Assembly (NCBI GenBank): GCA_964234715.1
Contig: OZ174282.1
Origin: Podarcis melisellensis
Lineage: Eukaryota
Reading direction: 5' to 3' (one strand)
DNA length: 64,000 bases
Part shown: in pieces, positions 62,391-64,000 of the stretch
How positions within the stretch are numbered: position 1 is the first letter of the stretch
Layout: each line of letters starts with the position of its first letter
Position numbers and translations under genes: made by a program
The notes under the pieces: model-generated
Databases searched by the model: none
What the model was told of the DNA's origin: nothing
Seen by the model: only the letters and a program-made list of their open reading frames with translations

Positions 62391-62434
62391 AGGTAATTAA
62401 CACAGGAATAGGTGAGCAGCTGTGTTAATTACCT
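62391..62434. repeat. Perfect 15-bp inverted repeat with a 14-nt spacer
   Basis: AGGTAATTAACACAG / CTGTGTTAATTACCT. Confidence 0.95.
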
Positions 62435-63611
62435 GTACCTAAGAATTAATTTTGAAAAAAACTTAGCAAAAGGATTCATTGCATGGTTACCTACCTGAAC
62501 AAATGCTTTCTATTATATCTAGAAATATGTCTTTGCTCAATCCTGTAAGCAATAACAAGTTTCCACATCTTTTGCAATTCTGACAGTAGCAACAGCAAGA
62601 AAACCCTACTGAAATGTAAGGCACTGAAATAGATCTATTTGGGATATCATAAACAATCTGGGATTTACACATCACATGATTTAATATGGAAACTTTACAA
62701 TCATCGTTTTGTTCCGCTGCCACTGATTTTGATAGGCTGACAGGGATAAAGAGAACATCCACTGTGTTCATTCATGTGTCATTTAAGACATTCCATACAC
62801 AGCTTTCCACTGACACGCCGAGTAATCCTTTACGACATCTTATTTTGATGGCTAAAGCAGGAAAGTGCCTTGTAAATCACATCCTTTCTGACATGCTCCA
62901 GTCACACTTTGGTAAACACACCATCTTATGTCAACTTTTCTCTGGTTACGCCGTCTGCCTCATCCTGTAATTTGCTTGGCATGATGGTTTAGAGGAGTTT
63001 AGGAGTTCCTCTCTTGCTGACTTGTAATCCTATGGTACATGATCTGACTTATAGAGAGTCAAAAACAGCCTCTTTGTGGTTTGCCATTTATATTCTATGA
63101 TAAAGAAGGCTGCTGCAGCTGCAGCAGGAATGTAAAGGTTGCCTGACATTCCTACGTATTTGGTTCACAGGGGAGAGAAGTGGAGAGGTTGCACTAGTTT
63201 AGAAGACTTTGTGAAACTTTCTCAGCACAGTTCAAAGTCAAGAGGCAGTGAAGGACATTCGAACTAAACAAGAATGTTCTGGTGGTAAGAGCTGTTTGAC
63301 AGTGGAACAGACTACCTTGGAAGGTGGTGGACACTCTCTCACATACTGTATACACATGCACACACTTCATTGGTACAGCTTAGAATATGCTCTACACCAG
63401 AGTTTAGCCAAGGTGGTGTCCCCCAGATGTTGTTGGACATCAACACCAGCCAGCAAGGCCAATGGTGAGGGATGATGGGAGTTGGAGTCCAACAATATAG
63501 CCCCACTGTTGAAGGCAGTCTGTCTCTAAAGCCTGCTCACCCCTTTGTGTGCGGCAGCATTGCGGGACAGAGGAGGCTTCACTGGGGCCCCAGCGTAGGA
63601 ATTCAAACTGC

Positions 63612-64000
63612 TGTGCCCTTCCTGATAGGCGGAGCGGGCATGAGCCCCCTCCATCTATCAGGAACCAGATCCTAGCCTGCACCCTGCTTTGGCAAATGGG
63701 GCTGCAGGCTGGGACTTGGGCTGTGCCAAGAGCGATGCCGATGGAGCCGACAGCGGGCTTCCCTTGGATCTGCCCCTTGCCCATTTAAGCAGCCAGCACC
63801 TGGGGCTCAGCCTGTTTGTTCCTGCGCCGGGTTTCCCCATCCCACCCATCCATAGGTTAAACTGATAATCAATGACTTTGCTGTGGCTATGGCGGTCGCC
63901 GTCCTTCAAGGGGCTGGATAGAAATTTGCCCACCAGGCTAACTGGCACTGACCCGGTGGTTTTGCCTACCTCATAGCAATCGTCACAACTGGTTGGGCAT
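63612..64000 (+). mobile_element. Unclassified GC/CpG-rich repeat, possibly an LTR or DIRS/Ngaro-type terminal repeat (runs off window)
   Basis: Starts TG, 46-nt hairpin, CATTTAAG TATA-like box, downstream GAAATTTGCCC...TTTTGCCTACCTC motif; abrupt CpG rise. Confidence 0.4.

Noticed and set aside
720-63948. The many short six-frame ORFs as genes
   Set aside because: Lengths and composition fit random vertebrate non-coding DNA; none resembles a known protein except L2 ORF2 remnants

Overview
Vertebrate genomic DNA, almost certainly from a squamate reptile and probably a lacertid lizard. This is inferred from the repeat repertoire: Squam2-type tRNA/CR1-tail SINEs, Squam3/MIR-type SINEs, CR1 and L2 LINE 3' ends, many Tc1/mariner-, hAT- and Harbinger-type MITEs, and a Penelope-like fragment. 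The window is essentially non-coding (large intron or intergenic). No supplied ORF is a recognisable cellular protein; the only ORFs with real homology are decayed L2 ORF2 pieces. One minus-strand exon candidate (3516-3370, ending ATGAG|GTAAG) suggests the 5' part of a gene running out of the left edge. Most notable observations: (i) a composite non-autonomous DNA transposon, present twice (42066-42416, 51262-51596), with 6-bp TSDs, a duplicated right end and a captured L2 3' tail; (ii) an intact minimal type I hammerhead ribozyme in a TSD-flanked Penelope-like fragment (62230-62269); (iii) several cleanly nested insertions that give a relative TE chronology; (iv) a ~220-bp local duplication; (v) a hairpin-led, CpG-rich unclassified repeat at the right edge. 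No CRISPR, rRNA, true tRNA or multi-gene system is supported. Family names are from recalled consensus motifs, not database searches, and boundaries of old repeats are approximate.
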